From a virus, in the IMG/VR virus record IMGVR_UViG_3300045988_059397: a stretch of DNA of 47,736 nucleotides. One strand, 5' to 3'. Shown piece after piece: positions 33,589-42,728 of this stretch. Positions within the stretch are counted from its first letter, which is position 1. Each line of letters opens with the position of its first letter. The notes beneath the pieces are model-generated. The model saw nothing but the letters and a program-made list of their open reading frames with translations, did no database searches and was not told the DNA's origin. The position numbers and the translations under genes are program-made.

Positions 33589-34272
33589 ATGGAAGCAACA
33601 AAAGAAAGGGCCGCCCGACGCGACCGGGCGACCCCTGCGAGAACATCCGGCAGCTCGCCAGCGCACGGATCCCGCACCCAAAGTATAACACGCCGCCGGC
33701 GCCGTGCCAAGGCCCGGATCCGGCAGGCGGCCGTCCTTTTGACGGCTGCTGTCATCGTGGCCGGCATCGGCACAGTCATCTCGACCATCGCCGGAGGCCG
33801 TGAAAATACCACGGAGCTCCCGGAGCCGACCGCAGAGCAACCGGCGGTCGTCGTCACGACGCCCGCAGCGAGTACGCAGACGCCGGAGCCGTCCGAGGCA
33901 CTCGTCCGCTTCTACCTCAGCGCCAGTGAGCGCGACACCGTGGAGCGTGTCGTCATGGCCGAGTCTGGCGGCGAGAGCTTCGAGGGGCAAATGCTGGTCG
34001 CTCAGTGTATTCTCAACGCCGCCGAGAAGGAGGGCGTGCAGCCCTCTGAGGCCGTCGTGATTTACAGCTACACCAGCAACCGCCCCGACCCCACGCAGAG
34101 CGTCAAGGACGCCGTCGCGGCCGTATTTGACCGTGGCGAGGTCGCCATCGACGCCCCCGTCATGTACTTCTACAACCCCGCCCTCGTGACGAGCGACTGG
34201 CATGAGAGCCAGATCTTCGTCGCAGAGGTCGGCGGCCACCGCTTTTTCGCAGAAAGGAGCCCGGCAGCATGA
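33589..34272 (+). CDS. Membrane-anchored cell-wall hydrolase (SleB/Hydrolase_2-like)
   Basis: 227 aa. Basic N-terminus, TM 'AAVLLTAAVIVAGIGTVISTIAG', Pro/Thr linker. 'VERVVMAESGGESFEGQMLVAQCILNAA' is a SleB-type motif. Confidence 0.6.
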   Translation: MEATKERAARRDRATPARTSGSSPAHGSRTQSITRRRRRAKARIRQAAVLLTAAVIVAGIGTVISTIAGGRENTTELPEPTAEQPAVVVTTPAASTQTPEPSEALVRFYLSASERDTVERVVMAESGGESFEGQMLVAQCILNAAEKEGVQPSEAVVIYSYTSNRPDPTQSVKDAVAAVFDRGEVAIDAPVMYFYNPALVTSDWHESQIFVAEVGGHRFFAERSPAA

Positions 34273-34948
34273 TCCAGCCCAACACCGTCATCACCGGCGA
34301 CAGCCTGACTGTGCTGCGCAGCATGGACGACGAGAGCGTCGACATGGTCATCACTGACCCGCCCTACGGCATCGACTACCAGAGCGGGCGCAAAGAAAAG
34401 GAGCGCCGACTCGCAAAGATCAAAAACGACAAGGCCCCGTTCATCTGGTGGATCTACGACGCCGCCAGAGTCGTGAAACGCGGGGGGGGGTACTTTGCTT
34501 CGCAAGATGGGATGTGCAGCAGACCTTCATGGACGCCCTGCGGCTCGCCGGCCTGACAGTCAAGTCGGTGATCGTGTGGGATAAGAAGGCGCACGGCATG
34601 GGAGACCTCAAGGGCTCCTTTGCCCCGCGCTATGAGGTCATCATCTTCGCCACCAAGGGCCGCTTCGAGCTGCCCGGGAAGCGGCCGGACGACCTGATCG
34701 CCTGCGCCAAGGTCGGCAACCAAAACCTCACACACCCTAACGAGAAGCCCGTCGAGCTGCTTGAACAGCTCATAGAGGCGACCACCACGCCGGGCGCCCT
34801 GATCCTCGACCCTTTCGCCGGCAGCGGCTCCACGCTCGTCGCTGCGGCCAAAACGGGGCGCAAGTACATCGGGATCGAGATAGACGAACATTACAGCCAC
34901 CTCGCGGCCACACGGGCCGCGGAGTACCAGAAAGGAGAAACCGCATGA
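34269..34948 (+). pseudogene. N6/N4 DNA methyltransferase (DPPY type) interrupted by a frameshift at a G9 tract
   Basis: The N-terminal part (34269..34556) has 'VITDPPYG'. The C-terminal part (frame of 34448..34948) has 'HPNEKPVELLEQLI...DPFAGSGST'. The two frames join cleanly if the tract is G10. Confidence 0.8.
34482..34490 (+). repeat. Poly-G homopolymer (G9) at the frameshift point of methyltransferase 1
   Basis: aaacgcGGGGGGGGGtactttgc. Confidence 0.95.
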
Positions 34949-35577
34949 GCGACAAAACCACCGCGGCTATCGCCGCAGAGCAGCAAGCAGCCGAGGAAGC
35001 CTCGGCAGCTACGGCCGATATGCTGCCGGCCATCACCCTCGACGAGCTGGAGCAGGTCGACCTCGGATCCGTGGCTCAGGACGAGCGCGCCCCCTTCAGG
35101 ATCACCGACGACCGCTGCGCTGACTGGGCCATCCGCAAGATCGCCGAGGAGCGCAGCGAGTACAACCGCCTGAAGGAGCTGGCCGACCAGCAGAAGGCGG
35201 CCATCGAGGAGAAGGTCGAAGCCGCCCGCCGGCGCATGGAGAACGGCACCGCTTTCCTGACCTCCTGCCTCGCCGACTTCTTCAACACCGTGCCCCACAA
35301 GACCACCAAGACGACCGAGAAATACCGGCTTCTCTCCGGCACCCTGACCCTCAAGAAGGGCACCGTCAAGGCCACGGTCGACGACTCCAAGCTGGTGCCG
35401 TGGCTGCGCGAAAACGGCTACGGCGACCTCGTCAAGGTCGAGGAGTCGGCCAAGTGGGGCGAGCTGAAGAAGCTTCTCGCCTACACCGGCGAGATCGCCA
35501 CCATCCAGAGCACCGGCGAGATCGTGGAGGGCGTCACGGCCTACGAGACCCCGGCCACCTTCACGGTCGACATCTAA
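34945..35577 (+). CDS. Gam-like / Gp157-like host-nuclease inhibitor
   Basis: 210 aa. 'FRITDDRCADWAIRKIAEERSEYNRLKELADQQKAAIEEKV' is a coiled-coil typical of this family. Upstream of ERF and SSB. Confidence 0.5.
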   Translation: MSDKTTAAIAAEQQAAEEASAATADMLPAITLDELEQVDLGSVAQDERAPFRITDDRCADWAIRKIAEERSEYNRLKELADQQKAAIEEKVEAARRRMENGTAFLTSCLADFFNTVPHKTTKTTEKYRLLSGTLTLKKGTVKATVDDSKLVPWLRENGYGDLVKVEESAKWGELKKLLAYTGEIATIQSTGEIVEGVTAYETPATFTVDI

Positions 35578-35589
35578 AGGAGGTGCCAC

Positions 35590-36390
35590 ATGGCAACTGA
35601 GACCAAAAAGCCGGAGGCGGCCGCTGCTGCGGCCCCTCCCATCGAGGCCCGCTGTCTGACGCTCCGGCAGAAGCTCGTGGAAATGCGAAAAGCCTGCCCG
35701 GAGATCGTCAAGAAGAAGCACAGCGAAGGCGTCAAATACAAGTACGCCAAGATCTACGACGTGTGGGAGAAAATCACCCCCATCATGAACGAGCTCGGCG
35801 TCGACTTCGAGGTCATCGGCGAGAAGGCCACGCGCTACGCCGAGAACGGCGACCCGGTCTACTGGATCACCATGCAGACCAAGACCTACAACGGCGACAA
35901 GCTCATGTTCCTCTACGAGGCCGACCTGACGATCCGCTGGATCAACCTCGACAACGACGACGAGACGCTGGAGGCAGTCGTCCACGCCCTCGGCTGGAAC
36001 GACGACCCGGCCAAGGCCAAGGGGGCCGCCCACACCTATGCCCTGAAATACTACCTGTTCGAGAAGTTCAGCATCGACCAAGGTGAGGACGACCCCGACA
36101 ACAGCGACTTCGGCGCGCAGAGTAAAGGCCCCGGGGGCGGCTCTGGCGGCTCCAGACAGGGCCAGCAGCGTCAGGGGCAGGGCTCCGGCCGCCTGTCCGA
36201 GGCACAGCTCAGCCGCCTCTACAAGAAGGCAGAGGCCGCCGGCATGACCAAGGAGCGCACCATCGCCCGGATACTCGAGAAGTACAAGAAGCAGGATCCG
36301 GCCACCCTGACCCGGCAGGAGTACGACGAGATCTGCAACTCCCTCGACGCTGCTGCCGCGCAGCATAACCAGCAAGGAGGTCAAGGCTGA
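35590..36390 (+). CDS. ERF-family single-strand annealing protein
   Basis: 266 aa. 'GVKYKYAKIYDVWEKITPIMNELGV' and 'GAAHTYALKYYLFEKF' are ERF-like. Gly/Gln-rich linker. Confidence 0.6.
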   Translation: MATETKKPEAAAAAAPPIEARCLTLRQKLVEMRKACPEIVKKKHSEGVKYKYAKIYDVWEKITPIMNELGVDFEVIGEKATRYAENGDPVYWITMQTKTYNGDKLMFLYEADLTIRWINLDNDDETLEAVVHALGWNDDPAKAKGAAHTYALKYYLFEKFSIDQGEDDPDNSDFGAQSKGPGGGSGGSRQGQQRQGQGSGRLSEAQLSRLYKKAEAAGMTKERTIARILEKYKKQDPATLTRQEYDEICNSLDAAAAQHNQQGGQG

Positions 36391-36818
36391 TGTATAACCA
36401 CACAGGACTGCAAGGGCGGCTGACGGCCGACCCTGAGCTCAGACACACCCCGAGCGGCGTGGCGATCACCAGCTTCCGGCTCGCCAGCGACACCGGCCGC
36501 AAGACCAAGGACGGCCAGAAGATCACCAACTTCATCGACTGCGTCGCGTGGCGTGCGCAGGCCGAGTTCGTCAGCAAGTACCTCACCAAGGGCCGGCTCG
36601 TCCTCGTGGAGGGCGAGCTCACCAGCCGCAACTACGAGGACAAGGACGGCAACCACCGCAAGGCCACCGAGATCACCGTCTCCTCTGTCCACTTCTGCGA
36701 CAGCAAGAAGGACGGGGCAGGCGCCGGCCATCAGGACACCGGCGGCGACTTCGCCGACTACCCGGACAGCTCCGGCGACTTCACCGAGGTGGACGACAAT
36801 GGAGATTTGCCATTCTGA
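36390..36818 (+). CDS. ssb: Single-stranded DNA-binding protein
   Basis: 142 aa. OB-fold 'LQGRLTADPELRHTPSGVAITSFRLA'. Acidic tail ending 'DDNGDLPF'. Confidence 0.9.
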   Translation: MYNHTGLQGRLTADPELRHTPSGVAITSFRLASDTGRKTKDGQKITNFIDCVAWRAQAEFVSKYLTKGRLVLVEGELTSRNYEDKDGNHRKATEITVSSVHFCDSKKDGAGAGHQDTGGDFADYPDSSGDFTEVDDNGDLPF

Positions 36819-36892
36819 ACGACCGCCGGGCGACCGGCGGCCGACCGAAAACGAGCCAAAGACACGCGACCGCATAAAAGGAGGTGACGACC

Positions 36893-37756
36893 GTGGCATG
36901 GCTTCAAGTGCACCAAACACTCAAAGACCACCGCAAACTCTTTGACGCAGCCGACGAGCTCGAGATCACCCCGCCGCACATGATGGGGCTGCTCGTGTCC
37001 TTCTGGCTGTGGGCCCTCGATAACGCCCCCAAGGGAGACCTCGCCGGCATCACCCCGCGCATGATCGCCCGGGCGGCACAGTGGGACGGAGAGCCCGAAA
37101 AGCTGGCCGAGACGCTGATCCGGGCCGGCTGGATCGACGAAAACGAGGACGGCACCCTCGAGATCCACGACTGGTACGAGTACGCCGGCAAGCTGATCGA
37201 CCAACGGCAAGCCGAGAAAGAACGGTCGGCCCGCCGCCGTGCTGCCGCCGCTTCGTCCTCGGACGATACGCCGGACGACCAGACGCCGACCGCCGGACAA
37301 CCGCCGGACGCCACGCCAACGACCGGCGGCAAGAGTAGAGTAGACCAGAGTAGAGAAAAGAAAGGGAGAGTAACACCCCCTACCCCCTCAGACGAGGGGG
37401 ATGGCGCGGGGAAGAAGTCGCCCATCGAGGTCAGGTTTGACGAGTTCTGGAACGCCTACCCCAAGAAAGTCGGCAAGCAGTACGCCCTCAAGGCGTGGAG
37501 GAAGATCAAGCCGACGGCCGAGCTGCATGAGGCCATCATGCAGGCCGTCAACGCCCAGAAGCACTCCGAACAGTGGCGCCGGGACAATGGCCGCTTTATC
37601 CCCAACCCGGCCACATGGCTCAACGGCGGCTACTGGGAGAACGGCGAGGAGGTGAGCACAGGTGAAGGCTATCAGCGAGATCCTCAGCGGGATGCAGACG
37701 CCGGCCGAAACTGGGGCAAGGGCTTCAAGCCGGCAGACGACGACGGAGACCAGTGA
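36893..37756 (+). CDS. Replisome organiser / replication initiation protein
   Basis: GTG at 36893 lies 8 nt after AAAGGAGG. N-terminus 'WLQVHQTLKDHRKL' is replisome-organiser-like. C-terminus 'FDEFWNAYPKKVGK..A.KAW...IPNPATWLNGGYWEN' is a motif common in phage replication proteins. Confidence 0.6.
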   Translation: MAWLQVHQTLKDHRKLFDAADELEITPPHMMGLLVSFWLWALDNAPKGDLAGITPRMIARAAQWDGEPEKLAETLIRAGWIDENEDGTLEIHDWYEYAGKLIDQRQAEKERSARRRAAAASSSDDTPDDQTPTAGQPPDATPTTGGKSRVDQSREKKGRVTPPTPSDEGDGAGKKSPIEVRFDEFWNAYPKKVGKQYALKAWRKIKPTAELHEAIMQAVNAQKHSEQWRRDNGRFIPNPATWLNGGYWENGEEVSTGEGYQRDPQRDADAGRNWGKGFKPADDDGDQ

Positions 37757-38639
37757 CGACGGCGACCGCTGGATCTGGAGCAGCGACGAGCGCGTCGCCG
37801 ACCTGCCAGACACCCCGGATCCTGTCCCCTGCGAGTTCTGCGGGGCCATGCGCTACCACAAGGGCTTCAAGTTCGGCGACCGCATCATCTGGCCGCCCTA
37901 CGGGGCCGAGAGGTGCACCTGCCCGCAGGCTGTGAAAGCCTACGAGGAGGAAAAGGCCGCCAAGGCTGCCGAGGAGGAGGCCCGGCGCAAGGCCGAGGCC
38001 GAGCGCAAAATGCGGGAGCGCATCAACCGCATCATCGGCGAGTCGGGCATGGGCGACCGCTTCCTGCGGCGCACCTTCGACACCTTCCAGCTCACCGACG
38101 ACAACCGGCGCGCAGCCGCAGCGGCCCGCAGGTATGCCGACAGCTTCGACACCCTGCTCCCCCGGCCCGGGGCTCCCGAGCCCGGCCGAAACGGCCTGTT
38201 TATAGCTGGCCCGCCGGGCACCGGCAAGACACACCTCGCCGCAGCCATCGCCAACCACCTGATCGCGCAGGGCCGGCCGGTCGTCTGCATGACCATGATC
38301 GACCTGCTGGAGCGCATCAAGCGCACATTCTCCAAGCGCGACACCGACGAGGGAGGCGTGCTGAAGATCTACAAGACCGTCCCGCTGCTCGTCATCGACG
38401 ACATCGGCAAGGAGCCGCCGACCGAGTGGGCGATCTCCACGGTCTACAACATCATCAACGGCCGCTATGAGGCATACCTGCCGACCATAGTGACCACCAA
38501 CTACGACACCGAGGCCCTGATCGAGCGCATGACACCCCGGGAAACCCGGGACGACATGACCGCCCGGGCCACCATCGACCGGCTCATGGAAATGTGCAGG
38601 GCCATCACCCTCACCGGCCAGAGCTGGCGCAGCAGGTGA
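37662..38639 (+). CDS. DnaC/IstB-like AAA+ helicase loader
   Basis: 325 aa. Walker A 'GPPGTGKTHLAAAI', Walker B 'LLVIDDIGKE'. Confidence 0.8.
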   Translation: MKAISEILSGMQTPAETGARASSRQTTTETSDDGDRWIWSSDERVADLPDTPDPVPCEFCGAMRYHKGFKFGDRIIWPPYGAERCTCPQAVKAYEEEKAAKAAEEEARRKAEAERKMRERINRIIGESGMGDRFLRRTFDTFQLTDDNRRAAAAARRYADSFDTLLPRPGAPEPGRNGLFIAGPPGTGKTHLAAAIANHLIAQGRPVVCMTMIDLLERIKRTFSKRDTDEGGVLKIYKTVPLLVIDDIGKEPPTEWAISTVYNIINGRYEAYLPTIVTTNYDTEALIERMTPRETRDDMTARATIDRLMEMCRAITLTGQSWRSR

Positions 38640-39130
38640 TCGAGATCAAGCCCACGACGCTGAAGCAGGCCAACGCCTATGTCGAGGCCGTGCACCGCCA
38701 CCATGGCAGAGTCGTCGGGCACAAGTGGAGCCTCGCAGCCTTCAAGGACGGCCGCCTCTGTGGCGTCGCAATCGTGGGGCGCCCGACCGGCCGCCGGCTG
38801 GATGACGGCAACACCCTCGAGGTGACACGCCTCTGCACCGATGGAACGAGGAACGCCTGCTCGGCCCTATATGCCGCCTGTGCCCGCCGGGCGAGGCGCG
38901 AGGGCTACGGCAAGATCATCACCTTCACGCTCCAGAGTGAGCCCGGGACAAGCCTGAAGGCAGCGGGCTGGACGCTGGAGGCCGAGAAGGCTGGAAAGCC
39001 AAGGTGGAACAAGCAGAGATACGCAGGAAGGCCGACGCAGCTCTCACTCTTTCCAGAGAAGCAACCGCCGGCCGAGTACAAGAAGCGATGGGCCAAAGTG
39101 CTCACGCATAAGGAGGACATAACCACATGA
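38636..39130 (+). CDS. GNAT-fold-like (XF1762-type) phage protein
   Basis: GTGA overlap start. 'ANAYVEAVHRHHG...LCGVAIVGRP...LEVTRLCTDG' fits the pattern seen in this phage family. The ORF is open from 38594. Confidence 0.4.
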   Translation: MIEIKPTTLKQANAYVEAVHRHHGRVVGHKWSLAAFKDGRLCGVAIVGRPTGRRLDDGNTLEVTRLCTDGTRNACSALYAACARRARREGYGKIITFTLQSEPGTSLKAAGWTLEAEKAGKPRWNKQRYAGRPTQLSLFPEKQPPAEYKKRWAKVLTHKEDITT

Positions 39131-39648
39131 AAAAGGTCTACATCTGCTCCCCGTGCCGCGGGGACTACGAGAACAACATCCAGCGGGCCAAGGAGTTCAG
39201 CCGGGCTGCCGTGGAGCGCGGCTGCATCCCCATCACCCCGCACATCTACCTCACGCAGTTCATGGACGACACTGTCCCGGCCGAGCGCGAGCTGGGCCTG
39301 AGCATCGGCCGCGAGCTGGTGCTCATGTGCGACGAGCTGTGGGCCTTCGGCCTCGACTGCCCGACCGCCGGCATGGCCGCCGAGATCGAGCTGGCCCGGG
39401 AGCGCGGGATCCCCGTGCTCAACGGCTTCAAGGCCATCAGCGAGATCCCCGAGACCGAGAAGCAGGACGAGGATCCGCAGGACGCCGGCAGCGTCATCAT
39501 CCGGGTGCCGGCCTTCCGAGCGATGGCCCGCTGCAACGAGCACCTCAACCACGGGCCCATCAGCGTCGAGCTGGACGGCCGGATCATCTTCGACCTCGCT
39601 AAGCGTCTGAAGGAAAACCCGGGCAGCCGGCTCGAGATCGGCGGGTGA
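39127..39648 (+). CDS. Nucleoside 2-deoxyribosyltransferase-like (DUF4406-type) protein
   Basis: 173 aa. 'KVYICSP.RG...' N-terminus and 'CDELWAFG...AGMAAEIELARERGIPV' fit that fold family. Confidence 0.45.
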   Translation: MKKVYICSPCRGDYENNIQRAKEFSRAAVERGCIPITPHIYLTQFMDDTVPAERELGLSIGRELVLMCDELWAFGLDCPTAGMAAEIELARERGIPVLNGFKAISEIPETEKQDEDPQDAGSVIIRVPAFRAMARCNEHLNHGPISVELDGRIIFDLAKRLKENPGSRLEIGG

Positions 39649-40331
39649 TTGCCATGGCAGACAACCCCAAGAAAAACGCCGAGGGCTACAATGACCCGAC
39701 GCCCTACGAGGCCGAGAAGCACATCCGGGCGCAGATCCGCGGCAAACAGGCCCGGCTCGCCGGCAGCTACTTCGAGGCGATGATCTCCGGCTCCTGCGAC
39801 TACTACCTCGACCGGGGGCTCGCCAAGATTGAAAAGACGCCGGAGCCCATGAAGCCCCTCGGGCCGAAAAACTACAAGGGCCAGTTCCTCGCCTGCTACA
39901 CCAAGCAGGCCCAGCCGGACTACAAGGGCACCCTCAAGGGAGGCCGGGCCGTCGTGTTCGAGGCCAAGCACACCGACGACGACCGCATCGAGTACAACCG
40001 CCTGACCAAGGAGCAACGGGACGACCTCGAACACCACCACAAGCTCGGCGCCGTTGCCTTCGTCCTTGTGTCCATGAGCCTGACCGAGTGCTTCCGCATC
40101 CCGTGGCCCGTCTGGCGGGATATGGCCGCCACCTATGGCCGCAAGTACATGACCCGCGACGAGCTGCTGCCCTACAAGGTGCCGGTCGTGGCCGGCTTCG
40201 TGAAGTTCCTCGACAAGCTGCCGCCGGAGGCCATCACCGTGAAAGACCTGAGCCCCGAGGAGCTCGAGCGTCTGAAGCAGATGATCCGAGAGCAGCCGAG
40301 CACCATCATCGTCGGGGAGGTGCAGCCATGA
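39645..40331 (+). CDS. RecU-like Holliday junction resolvase
   Basis: 228 aa. 'PDYKGTLKGGRAVVFEAKHT...LTKEQRDDLEHHHKLGAVAFVLV' matches the RecU catalytic core pattern. Confidence 0.6.
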   Translation: MIAMADNPKKNAEGYNDPTPYEAEKHIRAQIRGKQARLAGSYFEAMISGSCDYYLDRGLAKIEKTPEPMKPLGPKNYKGQFLACYTKQAQPDYKGTLKGGRAVVFEAKHTDDDRIEYNRLTKEQRDDLEHHHKLGAVAFVLVSMSLTECFRIPWPVWRDMAATYGRKYMTRDELLPYKVPVVAGFVKFLDKLPPEAITVKDLSPEELERLKQMIREQPSTIIVGEVQP

Positions 40332-40938
40332 TCCCGCTCCCCGACAAGAAGTACAGCATCATCTACGCCGACCCGCCGTGGAGCTACCAGAACAGGGGCA
40401 CCCGGGCGGCCGCCTCGAAGCACTACGGCACCATGACCGTCGAGGAGCTCAAGAAAATGGGCGTCGGAGCTGCGGGGGGGGTATTGCTAACAGCGACTGC
40501 GCCCTCTTTATGTGGGCGACCTTCCCCATGCTGCGTGAAGCCCTCGAGGTAATCGAGGCGTGGGGCTTCACCTACAAGACCGTCGCCTTCAACTGGGTAA
40601 AACAGAACAAGACCGGCGCCGGCCTGTTTTGGGGCCTCGGCAACTGGACGCGCAGCAACTCGGAGATCTGCCTGCTCGCCGTGAAGGGCAAGCCGAAGCG
40701 CATAAGCGCCAGCGTGCACAGCGTCATCCTCTCGCCCGTCCAGCAGCACAGCCGCAAGCCGGCCGAGGCTCGTGACAGGATCGTCGAGCTGATGGGCGAC
40801 CTGCCCCGGATCGAGCTTTTCGCCAGAGAGGCGGCTCCCGGATGGGACGCATGGGGAGACGAAGCCCCGGCACCCGACGCCAGAAAGGAGGAAACCGATG
40901 GACAGAACGACCCGGGAGACCCGGCGCCAGAGCTATGA
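40328..40938 (+). pseudogene. MT-A70-family adenine DNA methyltransferase interrupted by a frameshift at a G8 tract
   Basis: The N-terminal part has 'IIYADPPWSY'. The downstream frame (40378..40938) has 'DCALFMWATFPML...GFTYKTVAFNWVK...HSRKP'. The frames join cleanly if the tract is G9. Confidence 0.8.
40474..40481 (+). repeat. Poly-G homopolymer (G8) at the frameshift point of methyltransferase 2
   Basis: gagctgcGGGGGGGGtattgc. Confidence 0.95.
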
Positions 40939-41269
40939 CGCCGTCCTCCCAAAGAGGGAGAAACGCTGCCGGCTGATCCTCGAGACCCTCGGGGCCCGGG
41001 AGATGACCGCCAGCGAGATCACCGAGGAGCTCGTCGCCGCCGGCGAGATCCCGTACTTCAACCGCAACTATGTGGCCCCACGCCTCACCGAGATGAAGCA
41101 GATGGGGATCCTCAAGACGGTCGGCCGCAGGAAGGCCACCCGCTCGGACGCCACCGAGGCCGTGTGGGCCCGGGTGCATACCGCAGCGGCAGACCAGACC
41201 GCGGCCGCGCCGGCCGACAATCCCGCTACCGGGCCGGAGCAGATGACGCTCCTCGGCCCCGGGGCCTGA
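40898..41269 (+). CDS. Winged-helix (MarR-like) DNA-binding protein
   Basis: 123 aa. 'ILETLGAREMTASEITEEL...VAPRLTEMKQMGILKTVG'. Confidence 0.5.
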   Translation: MDRTTRETRRQSYDAVLPKREKRCRLILETLGAREMTASEITEELVAAGEIPYFNRNYVAPRLTEMKQMGILKTVGRRKATRSDATEAVWARVHTAAADQTAAAPADNPATGPEQMTLLGPGA

Positions 41270-41288
41270 CAGAAAGGAGAGCAACCCC

Positions 41289-41654
41289 ATGAACGAAAAC
41301 CGCGACAGCATCATGCGCATGGCCCACGGCGCCTTCGAGGAGCGCGTCGACTATGAGATGGACAAGGTGATCCAGAACATCCTCGACCCCAACACCAAGG
41401 CCACCGCCAAGCGCAAGATCACCCTCACCATCGAGCTGACGCCCGACGACGAGCGCCGGCAGATCCAAGTCTCGGTGACGGCCAAGAGCACCCTCGCCGC
41501 CACCAACCCGGTCGCCACCTCGCTCTATGTCACCGGCGACGGCAACGGCGAGCTCGTCGTGGCTGAGATGGTGCCGCAGGTGCCCGGGCAGATGAACATG
41601 GACGGCACGCAGCAGGAAGCCCCGAAGCTGCTCAAGCTCGTCACCCACGCATAA
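41289..41654 (+). CDS. Hypothetical protein
   Basis: 121 aa, RBS AAAGGAGAG. Confidence 0.5.
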   Translation: MNENRDSIMRMAHGAFEERVDYEMDKVIQNILDPNTKATAKRKITLTIELTPDDERRQIQVSVTAKSTLAATNPVATSLYVTGDGNGELVVAEMVPQVPGQMNMDGTQQEAPKLLKLVTHA

Positions 41655-41689
41655 GCGCATAAATATTCATATACAAGGAGGACAACACC

Positions 41690-42403
41690 ATGCTCGCCAA
41701 AATGATCGACAAAATCGTCAGCCTGAAGGAGACCAAAACCTTCGAGATCGGCGGCCAGACCTACACGGACGGCCACCTCACCCGGATCCAGCCCCACGTC
41801 GACCGCCCCGAGGCCATCAGCGTCAGCGGCCTCGACGGCGTCTGCAAGCTGATCCGCACCGAGCTGGAGAAGGTCGGCACGACCGTCATGGTGCAGGCCA
41901 AGAGCTACAAGAGCGTCGAGGTCATGACCACCTACCTGCCTGACTTCTCCCGCAATATCCTCTACCGCGCCGAGGCAGACGCCCCGGGCATTTACACCGG
42001 CTTCCGCAGCCGCGAGGTCGCTCTGATCGAGCTGCGCAGCCTGTTCATCCCCAACGAGGGCACGGCCTACCTGCTCGACCTGCTCGGCCGGATGACCGAC
42101 GAGAAAAGCGTCAGCACCAACGACAACGGCGTCACGCAGACCGTGGAGGCCCGGCAGGGCGTGGCTCTCAATGCTCTGGTCGAGGTGAAGCCCCGCGTCC
42201 TGCTGCGGCCCTTCCGCACTTTCCTCGAGGTGGAGCAGCCCGAGAGCGAGTTCCTGCTGCGCGTGCACCCCGAGGAGGGCATCGGCTTTTTCGAGGCCGA
42301 CGGCGGGATCTGGAAGCTCGAGGCCAAGAAGAACATCGCCGACTACTTCAACACCAACCTCGCCGACCTGATCGAGGCCGGAAAGGTCGTCATCATGCAG
42401 TAA
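41690..42403 (+). CDS. Hypothetical protein
   Basis: 237 aa, RBS CAAGGAGG. Confidence 0.5.
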   Translation: MLAKMIDKIVSLKETKTFEIGGQTYTDGHLTRIQPHVDRPEAISVSGLDGVCKLIRTELEKVGTTVMVQAKSYKSVEVMTTYLPDFSRNILYRAEADAPGIYTGFRSREVALIELRSLFIPNEGTAYLLDLLGRMTDEKSVSTNDNGVTQTVEARQGVALNALVEVKPRVLLRPFRTFLEVEQPESEFLLRVHPEEGIGFFEADGGIWKLEAKKNIADYFNTNLADLIEAGKVVIMQ

Positions 42404-42458
42404 GGACACCGGCCGGGCGGGCTGCGGCCCGCTCGGCCCTCCAGAAAGGAGCAAGCAC

Positions 42459-42728
42459 ATGGAACGCATGACCCATGAAAGGGCCAACGGCATCAAGACT
42501 GGCTACTGGAGCCCCGCCACCAAGGAGACGCTCGTGCAGCGCCTCGCTGCCTACGAAAACACCGGCCTCGAGCCGTGGGAGATCGGCCCGGCCATCGAGA
42601 AGGCTGCGAAGGACGCCGAAACCGCGACCGCGACCAAGATGGCCGAGTGCATCGCCGGCGGCATCAAGGACACGGTCGAAGCGATCCACCGAGATCCTGA
42701 TGGATTTTTCAAAGGAGGCGCCAGATGA
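42459..42728 (+). CDS. Hypothetical protein
   Basis: 89 aa, RBS GAAAGGAGC. Confidence 0.45.
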   Translation: MERMTHERANGIKTGYWSPATKETLVQRLAAYENTGLEPWEIGPAIEKAAKDAETATATKMAECIAGGIKDTVEAIHRDPDGFFKGGAR

